From contig OX597826.1 of the NCBI GenBank assembly GCA_951406725.2, positions 17,670,001 through 17,734,000 on the forward strand: DNA of 64,000 bases. The letters are read 5' to 3'. Positions 27,600 to 39,360 of the stretch are shown here, piece by piece. The notes under the pieces were generated by a model that had not been told where the DNA came from, did not search any database, and saw only the letters and a program-made list of their open reading frames with translations. Each line of letters opens with the position of its first letter. Position 1 is the first letter of the stretch. Made by a program: the position numbers and the translations under genes. The stretch is from Octopus vulgaris (taxonomy: Eukaryota).

Positions 27600-28300
27600 A
27601 TTATCTTTCATCTACTTGTTTCAGTCATTTGACGGTGGCCATGCTGGGGCACTACCTTAAAGGGTTTTAGTAAAAAAACATCAACCACCGGATTTACTTC
27701 TTTAAAGCTTAGTACTTATTCTATTGGTCTCTTTTGCCAAACTGCTAAGTTACACATACATAAACACATCAATACCAGTTGTCAAGCAGTAATGGGGAAC
27801 AAACACACACACAGGTATATTCTTTTATTTTAGTCATTTGACTGTGCCCAAACTGGAGCATCACCTTTAGTCGAACAAATCGACCCCAGCACTTAATTTT
27901 TGTAAGCCTAGTATTTATTCTATTGGTCTCTTTTGCCAAACCGCTAAGTTACAGTGATGTAAACAAACACACCAACATTGGTTGTCAAGCATTGGTAGGG
28001 GACAAACATATACAACCCCCACCCATATATGTATGACAGGCTTCTTTCAGTTTCCGTCAACCAAATCCACTCACAAGGCTTTGGTCGGCCCGAGGCTATA
28101 GTAGAAGACACTTGCCCAAAGTGTCATGTAGCGGGACTGAACGAGGTACCATGCGGTTGTTAAGCAAGCTACTTACATCACAGCCACCAAATCCACTCAA
28201 AAGGCTTTAGAAGAAACTTACCCAAGGTGCCATGCAGTAAGACTGAACCTGGAACCATGTGGTTGGGAAGCAAGTTTCTTACCATAGTTATGCCTGCACC
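27600..28300 (-). mobile_element. Cluster of SINE family A copies
   Basis: Three tandem partial or complete copies in the same orientation. Confidence 0.75.
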
Positions 28301-29161
28301 TATTTAAATATCTTTGCAAATCATTGTTAAAAATTAATTTCTTCTTACAACTAGTTTCAAAATATGACTCATCTTAATGCTGGTACTTAATCTCATCAAC
28401 ATGACCACCACTACCTGAGGCTATAAAAGGAGTCTCTAGACTAGACTTCACTATAGCAACTGTAAAACTAACAATGCAAACACCTGTCCTTAATCCTAAC
28501 CAACCAGACTCACGTGAAGGAGATCTTCTACAACAATCCTCAACACAACTTACACAAAAGGTGACAATACTGGAAGCAGCTGCTTCTGTGGTAACACAGG
28601 TTACATCACTTTTCCAATGTAAATAACAAAGCCATCAGATATTAAACTGATATATTTCACACTGTTGGTAAAATAAGTTGAACAATTAAAATCATTTCTA
28701 ATATAAAGACAAGGTGACATATTTCAGAAGAGAGAGAGAGAGAGAGTGAAATCACCACTACTAGTATTTTATTGGTACTTATTTTATCAACTCAGAGATA
28801 GCAAAAGCCAAAGTCAATTTTGACAAGATTTCATCTCAAAATGTAAGGAGAAATAATTAAATGCCACAAAATATTTAGTCCAACCTTATCATCTCTGTCC
28901 TCAATAATAATAATTGTTTACAATGTAGTCACAGAACAGAATTTTATCTTTTATTTCAGTCATTAGACTGTGACAATGATGGGGCACTGCTTGGAGGAAT
29001 TTTAGTTGAAATAATCGACCCCAGTATTTATTTTCTTTTTAAGCCTGGTACTTAGTCTATCAGTCATTTTCCCCAAACTGCTAAGTTATTGGAATGTTAA
29101 CACAACAACACCAGTTGTCAAGCAGTGGTGAGGAACAAACACAGTCACATATACATATATA

Positions 29162-29709
29162 TGTTGTGAATCTTGCAGGCATGAAGTAGATTTGATCCTA
29201 GATAGCCAAATATAAATTAACACTTCAACAGCACTTTTCTCACAGTAAAACAATAGTTTTTCTGTAACAGCAGTTTACATTTGTCAGATGCATTGCTAAG
29301 CAAAACAATGTCTTCGCCACTTGGCCCTTCTAACCTCTTATAAGCCACCAAAAGCTAGAATTAAAATAACAAGTACCACCAATGAAATCTACTGTTGTCA
29401 ACAATATGTCTATTCTTCTGGATAGTTATAAAAACAAGAACCCCTTGGCAAAAGTCAGTTGGTGAGTTAGTGAGAATGGAGTCTGGTTGACTGGCTGAAC
29501 AAAACACTGTCACAAAAGGACAACTATGGTAACTCACTAATGAAGCAGTTGTTTCATTACAACTTGAATCACTCTTCTTTCATCTTTACATAATGGCAAT
29601 CAACTAACAACAAACTATTACAATTGGTGATGACCCTTGACTTCAACGAAGAACCAATCCTTACAAATTGGCTACTCAACCGTTACACTAATTAACTTCT
29701 ACCATTCCA
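29162..29709 (+). repeat. 5' LTR (lacks about 200 bp present in the 3' LTR)
   Basis: TG...CA ends; colinear with 31293-32089. Confidence 0.8.
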
Positions 29710-31292
29710 AATTGGTGATCCTGACGTTGCACCATAACAGGCATCAATTACAAATTGGTGACCCCGTGTAAAAAGAATTGCTGCCTTCTAAAGCTACATT
29801 AGCTGCTATCTTTTCCTCACTACCTCAGCTTAAAAACAGAACAACAGTCTTCATATCAACAGTTGTTAGACCAAAGGAAAAATAATGACAACCTTTGTCT
29901 CCACCAAGATGCATCCTCCTTTGAACTGCAACAAAAAGCTCAATACTGCGATCCACTTCTCAACAATGCAACACTGCCAGTGAACAAGGAATTTGCCGAC
30001 CACGGAAGCCAATAAATGCATCATTTTGACAGCTACGTGCCCAGAAACTTATTGAATAACACTATGGAAGTCCACACGTGCAACATTTTCAACAGCCATA
30101 GACTTGAACTTTCTTTGTATGCACCTATTATTGCATTTCAAATGCTACTTTTTAGCTTTTCAGGACCAGAACACTTTCTAACCAAGTTTGTCATTTTAGC
30201 TTAATTAATTTTGTTGTTTGCATTGCACACGCATTGTTCACCTGTTCTTATTACATGGTTTCTGCTAAATGTCTGTAATTTCTTTCTTCGCATGCACCTT
30301 TCCTAGGCACCTGGCCTTGCACATGCATCTGCATACATGGCACATTGTTACACACACACACACACATGCTGTCACATCCATGCCCCACACATGCCTTTCT
30401 CGTTTGTTTTTCACGCTCCCTGTGCCCTTCTAGACACAACTAGTCTCTGTAAGACACTAGGTCGGTCATACATACATAGAGAAAGTTGTTTGTCCCTTAC
30501 AATGCACCAGCATGTCACACATTCGCTCCTGTACAATCAAGGCATATAATACCTCATGCACTGGCTGGTATATTCAGCACTGCCTTAATCTCTGGCATAT
30601 TCAATACCGTACATTGTATTTGTAATCAATGCACTAGCATTACTGCCTCAGCCTTGCAAGCTCTGTTGTACACATGCACCTCTATTATGCCTCTACTGCC
30701 TTGTTTTGCAACATATCTGTGTCAGCTCAACACTTTTCCTGACTCAATTTACGTGGATGTTCACATGCTCTACACTCATGTTTAGACATAATTTGCCCCT
30801 GTTAGGTCACGAAATTAACAGAGAAAATTATCTGTCTCATGCATCACTCCAGCATGCTTACACTGTTGTCCTTGCTAACCTCAGCTAGTACCCACAACAA
30901 CAGCACCAGACATATTTCACTTCCGAAAAACCTTCAAGGCATTTCATAAACTGCAACCCTGCAGGAGGATCTTCCATATGATGGACTGAGAATACACTCG
31001 CTCGCTCACCTGAGCTTATTTTACCGTGAATTTCAAAACATGCACCTGCCCTTGTGTATACGCCCTCATGCGCACTCACATGCTCATTTTCTTTTCTGCC
31101 TAGTCATGACTGCACTCATTTTGGCATGCAAAGCGACACTGCTATTCAAAATTATCCAAACAGAAAACTGTCCCATATACACTTCAATGATCCTCTCTCC
31201 TAATATGTGAAGGTTCTCCTCAAGCATAAATTTCTTTCTCTTCCTCAATTGTTCGTCCCCCCCCCCCCCGAAGCTCTCTGGTGGGGGAGTTA

Positions 31293-32089
31293 TGTTGTGA
31301 ATCTTGCAGGCATGAAGTAGATTCGATCCTAGATAGCCAAATTTAAATTAACATGTCAACAGCACTTTTCTCACAGTAAAACAATAGTTTTTCTGTCACA
31401 GCAGTTTACATTTGTCACATGCCTTAGCTAAGCAAAACAATGTCTTTGCCACTTGGCCCTTCTAACTTCTTATAAGCCACCAAAAGTTAGAATTAAAATA
31501 ACAAGTATCACCAACGAAATCTATTGTTGTCAACGATATGTCTATTCTTCTGGATAGTTATAAAAACAAGAAGCCCCAGGCAAAAGTCAGTTGGTGATTT
31601 AGTGAGAACAGAGTCAAGCTGACCAGCTGAACAAAACGCCATCGCAAAAGAGCACAAAAGGACAATTATGGTAACTCACCAATGAAGCACTTCTTTCGTC
31701 CCACACTCTCTCACTAGCTCACTTTATTTTCTCTTACAACATCACTATTTCTATCTGTAATTACTACTACACAATGATGAGATCACAAACACAAACTATA
31801 CAAGGAAAATCTATGACATCTATCTTTACTTTGCATGCTTTACGATTTTATCACCTGCCTGTTGAGGCAAGGTATTTTACAATGTAACGGTACAATAAAT
31901 ATTTTCTTCAATCACCGTTCTTTCATCTCCACATAATGGCAATTAATTAACAACAAACTATTACAACTGGTGATGACCCCGAAGTTCCATACTACTGTTT
32001 ACAAATTAATTTCAACCGTTACAAAAATAAACTTCTACTGTTACAAATTGGTGACTCAACCGTTACACTAATTAACTTTTACCGTTATA
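31293..32089 (+). repeat. 3' LTR
   Basis: Follows the PPT; contains AATAAA near 31894; ends accgttata (CA to TA) in a TA run. Confidence 0.8.
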
Positions 32090-32095
32090 TATATA

Positions 32096-33241
32096 TCAGG
32101 TTATGCCATTAGAAATGTCCAGATTTTAAATAAGGAAAGCAAGTGGTCAAACCTCACATTTTAATGGAACTTCATTGTCGATCTAGTTTCCTTGATTATC
32201 TATGACATCTTTCTATCTACTCGTAAGCTTTTTAATCTCATTAGTGAAAAACTCTTTCAGTTTTGAAGAGAAGAATTCTGAAAGGCCAGTTTCAACTTCC
32301 TCAGTTGTTTTGAGAGTTAATCCATCCAAATCATTCTGTAAACTACAGAAGAAATGGTAATCTGGGGAATAAGGTGGATGAGCAATTTTCTCCCAGCCAA
32401 GTTCTTTGATCTTTGCAGTGTGGGGTCTTGCACTGTCCTGATGAAACATCAGTCCCTTTTGGTTCACTACAGCAGGCATTTTTTTCTTCAAAGCAGTTTT
32501 CAAACACTCAAATTGCTGACAGTAGATTTGAGCACTTATCATTGCATTTGTTTGTAGCAACTGAAAGTGGATGATTCCTTTGCAATCCCACCGAACAGAG
32601 AAAACCTTCTTTGCATGGAATTCCCTTTTTGGTTGTGGTTGGGCCTTTTCCCCTTCACCAAGCAAATGTCTATTACACTTAAGATTTTGATAAAAAGCCC
32701 ATTTTTCCTCACCAGTCTGTCCAAAAAGAGTGAGATGAGTTAACAAGAATGAAAAGAGATGTTCACTTGGAATTTGCAGTTGGCTACAGACAAATCACAA
32801 GGCACCCGCTTTGGGACCTTTCCAAGCAAGTTCTACCAAAAGTAGCTTGTCATCAAACTCAACTAGATGTTCTGTCCGGGCCTCATCTTCAAGGCTGAAA
32901 TCTTCTCTTCTGAATTTTACAAATCTTCTTCTGCAAGTTCTTCCATTCAGGTACTCTTCTCCATAAGCTGAGTGAAAATTTCAAGTCACTTCAGCTACAG
33001 AGTTTCCTTTTTTAAACTCATAAAGTATTATGTACCTCAAATACTCCTTAGACACTTTCATGTTTGAAGAGCTATAATTAGTGAAATTTCAATTAGATTA
33101 TCCTGCAAAAACGAAATTTAATTAGTTTAAATATGTCCAAATACATATATTACTTGATGCCATTGAACATTCTAAAATACTGTTAAAGCATTTACAAATT
33201 GAAAATATAGAAGTCCAGATATTACTTATGGGATGACCTGA
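32096..33241 (-). mobile_element. mariner element, near full length, decayed
   Basis: Degenerate ~28-bp TIRs starting TCAGGT at both ends, TA flanks. Transposase remnants MKVSKEYLRY..., FHQDSARPH, HPPYSPDYHFF. Confidence 0.88.
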
Positions 33242-33245
33242 TATA

Positions 33246-34430
33246 TCAGGTTGAGTCAAAAGTAAGCAATGTTTTGAACCACGAAGAATTTGTACTGGAT
33301 TTTTGTAGAGTTTGGAATTTTTTTTAAACATTTTTTTGCAATTCTCTGATAATACAGACATGGGCTTACCCAAATGCATCAATAAATTGATATCTTTTTC
33401 ACTGTTGTTACAAACATCTGAAATGGAACTGTCAAAGTGCGATATTTGAGCAATTTTGCTAGTCAACTTCAAAAAAGGATGTAAAAAAGAAGCTGAAACT
33501 GCTCGCAAATGTTTGGTGAGGAAATGACCAGTGAGTGGTCAGCTCAAAAGTGGTTTAAACAATTTTGCAGAACTATGTGGTTGGAAAATAATAGGTTAAA
33601 CAATTTTGAAGCTTGTGAGTGCAGTGGACACCCATCTGTGATCTTTGATGGTCAATTAAAGACCATCATTGAGAAAGATCCATGTAAAACCACTCAAGAA
33701 CTGGCAAAAGAACTTCAAATTCGCCAGAAAACTACTTGCAACCATTTGTGTGTGATTGGAAAATCAAAAATGCTTGACAAATGGATACCATATGATTAGA
33801 ATGAAAATTAGAAAATGCGCGGATATGCTCATCGCTTCTTCTCCATAACCAGACTGGTCCATTTCTTGACTGTATTGTAACTTACGATGAAAAGTGGATT
33901 CTGTACAATAATAAAAAAAGAAATGTTCTTCGTAGTGGTTGGACCAAAATGAAGCACTGAAGACCTTCCCTAACTAAACCTGAGCTCTATAAAGAAAGTT
34001 CTGGTGACTGTTTGGTGGTGTATGCTGGACTCAGCCACTATAACTTCTTAAAACCTGGACAAACCATTACTGCAGAAACATATTGCCATGAAATTACCAA
34101 AATGAATGAAAAACTGCTACTCCTTTGTCCCAGACTAGTCAACAGAAGAGGGCCAATCATTCTTCATAACAATGCTCGACCACACATTTCACTATGAAGT
34201 TCTTTCCCACCCGCTTATTCCTCAGACCTTTCTTCTACCAACTACCACTTTTTCAAGCACCTTAATGGTTTCCTGTGAGAGAAGGATTTCAAAAATCAAA
34301 CTGATGCTGAAAATGCATTGAAAGAGTTCATCAACTCCAGATTTTTATGTTACTGGAATAAACAAACTTATAACGTGTTGGCAAAAATGTGTTGATTGTA
34401 ATGGTACTTACTTTGATGAATAAAATTCCT
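33246..34430 (+). mobile_element. mariner element, decayed, right end lost
   Basis: TIR TCAGGTTGAGTCAAAAGTAA. Motifs KWIPYD, VTYDEKWILYNN, HNNARPH, PAYSSDLSSTNYHFF. Confidence 0.88.
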
Positions 34431-34930
34431 GCCAGTGTTGCGTTAATGCACCCATGCCAGTGGCACATAAAAAACACCTAGCACACTCTGTTAAGTGGTT
34501 GGTGTTAGGAAGGGCATCCAACTGTAGAAGCCATACCACAACAGACAGATGGGGTCTGGACAGCTCCCTGCTAGCCAACTCCATTTCAAACCATCCAACA
34601 CATTCCAGCATGGAAAGCAGACATTAAATGATGATAACCTAATCAACTGTGAAAGTAATGTTAGAATAACACAGCTGCCAGAGTAAAAATAGGATGAAAA
34701 AAGTTTCAGGAGCTATCAACTTAATTGATAACAAAGGCCTTCCCTCTCCAAGTAATAGGCAAGCTATATAATACTAGCATATGATGGGCAATATTTCACC
34801 TCATAGTCCAGCCATGACTAAAAGTACTGAATGTGGAGGATGTGCAAAGACTAATGTCAGCATGCATGAATGAAAGGGCATAAATGTGCTGAGACAGAAA
34901 TTGGGCACTAGAGGTAACACAGTATGTCCA
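34430..34930 (+). mobile_element. RTE tail plus RTE ORF fragment
   Basis: ggcacataaaaaacacc / aggaagggcatcc tail to about 34635, then decayed RTE C-terminal sequence. Confidence 0.6.
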
Positions 34931-35189
34931 GAAATAACCACCATGATCTGAAGCATTTTACTTAACTACATCATCCATCTAAGATTGCCGTTGTTGTTGA
35001 GCCGACCATTCCGTCACATTAGAGTTATCAAAGATTACGTGTCCTTCCTTCCTTATTTAAGACGGTAGGGGTGTGATTTGAAAGAAACTGGCTGCTACTT
35101 CCAGCAAATAAGAGACCACTTGGAAGTTTCCTGCAAGGGTTTTGATGATACGTATTGGATTTAACATATTCAACTTTGGACACCGTGTA

Positions 35190-36440
35190 AATTAGCGAAA
35201 GAAAATTGGGCTTATGTTTCGATATGACTCTGTCTCAGGAACTTAAAAACCTTATTCAAAAGTACAGTGAAAATAATGGCTATGAAAAGATTGCAAAAAC
35301 TTTAGAATTGCCCCTAAGCACTGTTAAAACTGTAGTTAAGAAGTGGTTAGTGCACAAAACCACTGCTACCCTATCAAGATCTGGGAGACCAAGCAAACTT
35401 ACCAGAAGAGCAAAATCAAAACTGGTCCAGGAGGCCACCTCCAACCCTAGTGCAACACTGGAAGACTTGAAAGCTTCAGTTTCCAGTACTGGGACAGATG
35501 TCCATGCATCTACAATTTCCAGAGTATTGCACCGGTCTGGCCTGCAATGGAGGGTAGCTAGAAAAAAGCCCCTTCTGAAGCCTATGCACAAGCAAGCTAG
35601 GCTAAACTTTGCAAAAATTCATATTAATGATTCCATGACTATGTGGCGAAAGACTTAGTGGTCAGATGAGACCAAAGGCGAGTTATTTTGGAAAAATACA
35701 AAACGCTACGTTTGGTGGAAAAAGGCACTGCTCACCAACCTTGTTACACCATCCCCACTGTAAAGCACGGCGGTGGCTCGATCATGCTTTGGGGCTGTTT
35801 TTCAGCTGCAGGACCTGGAGAGTTGGTAACCATCCAAGGTATCATGGACAGTGTCAAGTACCAAGAAATATTGGAGGCAAATCTGCTAAAGCTCTGCGCT
35901 TGGGTCGCAATTTCAAGTTTCAACAAGATAACGACCCACAAGCATGTGTCAAAAAGCACTAAAGCTTGGTTTGCTAGCAAGAAAATCACAGTTTTTGAGA
36001 GGCCCAGCTAGTCTCCAGACCTTAATCCTATAGAAAATCTATGGCGAGATCTAAAGCTGGCAATGCACCGACGTTCCCCATCCACTCTGACACAGCTCAA
36101 GAAGTTCTGCCATGAAGAATGGCGAAAACTGTCAGATGACCACTGCAGCAAGCTCCTGGAACCCGGGGCGTCTGCAGGCTGTAATTGATGCAGCAGGATC
36201 ATCTACAAAGTAATAACTGAAGATATTCCAAAGGGGGTGTAGACTTGAAAAGACATTTTTCATTATCTTTGTTTAAGAACCAGTTAAAAAATTTTCAAAT
36301 GTATTTTATGTATTAAATAAAAGTGTGATAGATCTGCTTATTAAAACAAATCATTGGAGTTCAAAATATTAATTGTTCCTATCAAAACAAACAAAATACA
36401 TTCAGTTTCCGAGCGGGGCGTAGACTTTTGCAAGGCACTG
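35190..36440 (+). mobile_element. Tc1 (DD34E) transposon, IR/DR type, left end missing; transposase pseudogene about 35223-36213
   Basis: Paired-like HTH, GRPSK, WSDETK, TVKHGGGSIMLWGCF, FQQDNDP and SPDLNPIENLW. Right TIR ...cttttgcaaggcactg followed by TA. Inner and outer direct repeats at 36226-36246 and 36407-36427. Stops and frameshifts present. Confidence 0.93.
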
Positions 36441-36779
36441 TAACAGCTGAGCAGCACGCACAGGCCTTCGAGTCAAAACTAAAAATTGCCCCAAATTATT
36501 TACTTAATTTCTTCCTATTTAATTCGGTAAATGCCCACCAGAATATTAAGACATAAAAATTGATACACTGAAATATGTTTGTATTACGTGAACACGCCAA
36601 TGCTTGTGTTTGTCTACACATGAACAGAAATCTACACACTGCAGGTGAACACCGGAAAACACACCAATCTTCACACAGTCCTTCGTTATGATACAATACT
36701 AAATACACGTGTAAGCAGTACCAAAACACGGTACCTGTCACGAGACACCAAAATAAACTATTCACACTAGAACATTCCG

Positions 36780-37260
36780 TAATTGCACTCAGTTACAAAC
36801 AACAGAAGTTTTCTCGGCGAAGGTAAAGACTACGTCCACCCGGTGGCTAGGTTAGGGTTTACGATTAGGGTTTTTGTTACGCTGAAAAGAGGAGGTGTGC
36901 GTATTCTTTACCTCCGCCGTTTTCTCTTTAAAGAACATGAGAATGTTTCAATACAAGAAGTCTTTATGGTGAGTTTTTCTCAAAGTGCACACGACGTGTA
37001 ATGAAACAACAAAACTAAAAGGCGTCATTATAGTATTAGAAAAAAGATTAGTTACCGTTTTGAGCAGAGGTAATTTCGCCTTTACAACTAGATTCCATAC
37101 GGCAGGATCGCGATGTTGTGGTACGTCAGCCATTTTGACAACAACGAATCACGTGACAGTAATTAGAGTACCAAGTGCGGGGTGGGGGCTTAATTGCTTT
37201 ATTTTCTTCACTCGGTAATCGAGTTTGACTTACCATTTCATGTGTCCGCGACCAGTTAGA
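36780..37260 (-). promoter_or_regulatory. CpG-rich COMMD8 promoter/first-exon region
   Basis: Local CpG enrichment. E-box TCACGTGAC at 37149-37157. YY1-like GCCATTTT over the start codon (37129-37136). G-rich GC-box-like GGGGTGGGGG at 37179-37188. Confidence 0.6.
37056..37133 (-). CDS. COMMD8: COMM domain-containing protein 8, coding exon 1 (MADVPQHRDPAVWNLVVKAKLPLLKT)
   Basis: ATG in caaaATGGC context within a CpG-rich stretch. 78 nt ending in a phase-0 donor ACG|GTAACT, which joins in frame to the LLHG exon. The W-x-L pattern resembles the vertebrate COMMD8 N-terminus. Confidence 0.72.
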
Positions 37261-37265
37261 ACTAT

Positions 37266-37266
<1 letters not shown>

Positions 37267-37315
<49 letters not shown>
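37267..37315. repeat. (TA)n microsatellite upstream of the COMMD8 start
   Basis: About 24 TA units. Confidence 0.95.
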
Positions 37316-37316
<1 letters not shown>

Positions 37317-38166
37317 CCAGCACTTCCCACTTTATTTATCTATTTGTCCTGTGTTGTCCCATTCTGTATAAGATCGTCCTGATCATAATAAAGATTCCAC
37401 TTTATTTATTTTATCAATGCCGGTATTACTGTCACAGTCAATTATTATTTGCGAAGGATTGTGCTGTTATTTCTAGCTAGCTGTACGAGCGTATAGAGCA
37501 GATATTTCCAACCACTGTGTTACGTATGATTTACAGGTGCCACGAATCGGAAAATTCTAAGATATTGAAAAAACTCAAATGTTTTTAAAACACCACACTT
37601 TCGAAGCATGCGTATTTATTTTCGGCAAATTGCAATGCATACGCCCATCTGTTTGGGAACGATTTTATATTCATTTCTATAATAATAAAAAAAGGTTTAA
37701 AAGAGCTAATGATGCGATATAACACGTAGCACCTTATTCAGTGTGTCGTGGAGGAAAAGCTAAAATTGCTGATTCGAAAGTTGGTTTGTAGTTGTGAGTG
37801 TATGAGCATGTGTACAGGTAATGTAAATGGTTCTTTGTCTGGCCATGTGACAGAGAATATGCATGTACTGGGGGCGTTTCTTTGTATATGTTGCTGTTTT
37901 TTTTTTCTGCCAGTATATACACAGCATGTGCATATAGAAACAACGCACTCATAGCTATTAGTTTATGTATGAACTTAAAGCACCCTTAAGCCAAGAATAC
38001 TTACTCGTGAATATTTAGATATGTATTAAAGCATAGTTACGAACACCGTACACTCAATTATGATATAATATAAACATACACATATATAATGTACATATAT
38101 GCTCATATGGGACGATAAACGACCGGAAAGCCTTTAATTATGTTTACTCCATCAGGGTTAACCAGG

Positions 38167-38357
38167 GATGGCAGAAACGTTAGCACGCCGGGCAAAATGC
38201 TTAGTGATATTTCGTCAGTCTTTACGTTCTGAGTTCAAATTCCACCGCGGTCGACTTTGCCTTTCATCCTTTCGGGGTCGATAAATTAAGTACCAATTGC
38301 TTACTGGAGTCGATCTGATCGACTGGCCCCTACCTCAAAAATTTCGGGCCTTGTAGG
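38167..38357 (+). mobile_element. SINE family B between the two promoters
   Basis: Homologous to 3516-3650; B-box-like gagttcaaattcc. Confidence 0.8.
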
Positions 38358-38639
38358 CCACGAGCAAATCACTACACCGGTCCCAATAGTACTTACTGGG
38401 CACAATAGCACTTACTGGGACTAACAGCGGACTACAACGTACATAGGTCAGAATTGGGCCCCTGGGCAACTGCCGAGTATGCCCATGCCTTAAGACGGCT
38501 TTACGTGTAGTATTTAGTTGTGGCCACTCACATTCGAAGTTCAAATCTCGCTGAGATAACAAAAAAAAAAAACCCAACCAAACTGCATACAAGTCAATAA
38601 CTGAACATATTTCTATAATCAATATATCAACGACTTGAA

Positions 38640-39360
38640 TGAAATTATAGTAGAAGACTACACTTGAGTCTTCCGAACATCTCTCCTTCTTTCGTTCTCT
38701 CCAATATACACTTTAGATGATTGGCTAAACTCTATACCAATGAAATCACTTTACTATAGTTTTTCTTTTCCTGTCTTTCACACCGTTCCACGTTTGTTAT
38801 TGTTTTTTTTACTTTTATATTCTCACTCAATTTCCTCTTTTTCTGTCCTGCCGTCGCCGTTTCTATCTCTATTTTCTCACTCATTCATTGCTCTCATTAT
38901 TCCGCTTTTTGTTCCATTCTCTTCTTTCTGCCACTTATAGTTATCCTCCCCACCTTCCTCTCTCACAACTTTACTGCTTCACATCCCCCCCCCCCTACTT
39001 TAGCTGAGACACGTCATGACATGTAGAACAACAACAACACTTGGCAGCGGTACTTCCTACTGCTGTGTGTGAGGAGATCGATCGTAGCTACTAACGCTGC
39101 AAAGGCACTGTTGTGATTTCTGGGACTCTGGGATAAACAAAAGGAAAACTAGCCAAGTATTGAACTATAATCGGCACATGTTCCAGCAGTTCGTTGTTGG
39201 AAAACAGGGAAGTCGAATTGTCACGAGAAACTTTCTCCGTCGTCCTTCTTATATATATATATATATATATATAAAAGAGTGAAGAGTATGTGTTCCAGTT
39301 ATTGAAGTACGGCCGTGCTGGAGCTCTACACTAATTTATCTGTTCTTCGTTAACGAGCGT
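38640..39360 (+). promoter_or_regulatory. Probable promoter/5'UTR region of the ATP10 gene
   Basis: Non-repetitive, CpG-containing segment with a pyrimidine tract and a GTCATGAC palindrome (39013-39020), 1.2-1.9 kb upstream of the ATP10 exon. The TSS cannot be determined. Confidence 0.35.

Larger units (their letters stand above)
29162..32089 (+). mobile_element. Non-autonomous LTR retrotransposon (Gypsy-like structure, no recognisable ORF)
   Basis: Direct repeats starting TGTTGTGAATC at 29162 and 31293. PPT ggtgggggag at 31280-31289. tRNA-Trp-type PBS at 29713 and 29756. Inserted in a TA run. Confidence 0.85.

Noticed and set aside
29581-29770. Repeat-spacer pattern as a CRISPR array
   Set aside because: Eukaryotic context, no cas genes, short degenerate repeats explained by LTR end plus PBS, and spacers partly related to each other.
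36845-36875. TTAGGG telomeric repeats
   Set aside because: Only two non-adjacent TTAGGGTTT copies; not an interstitial telomere.
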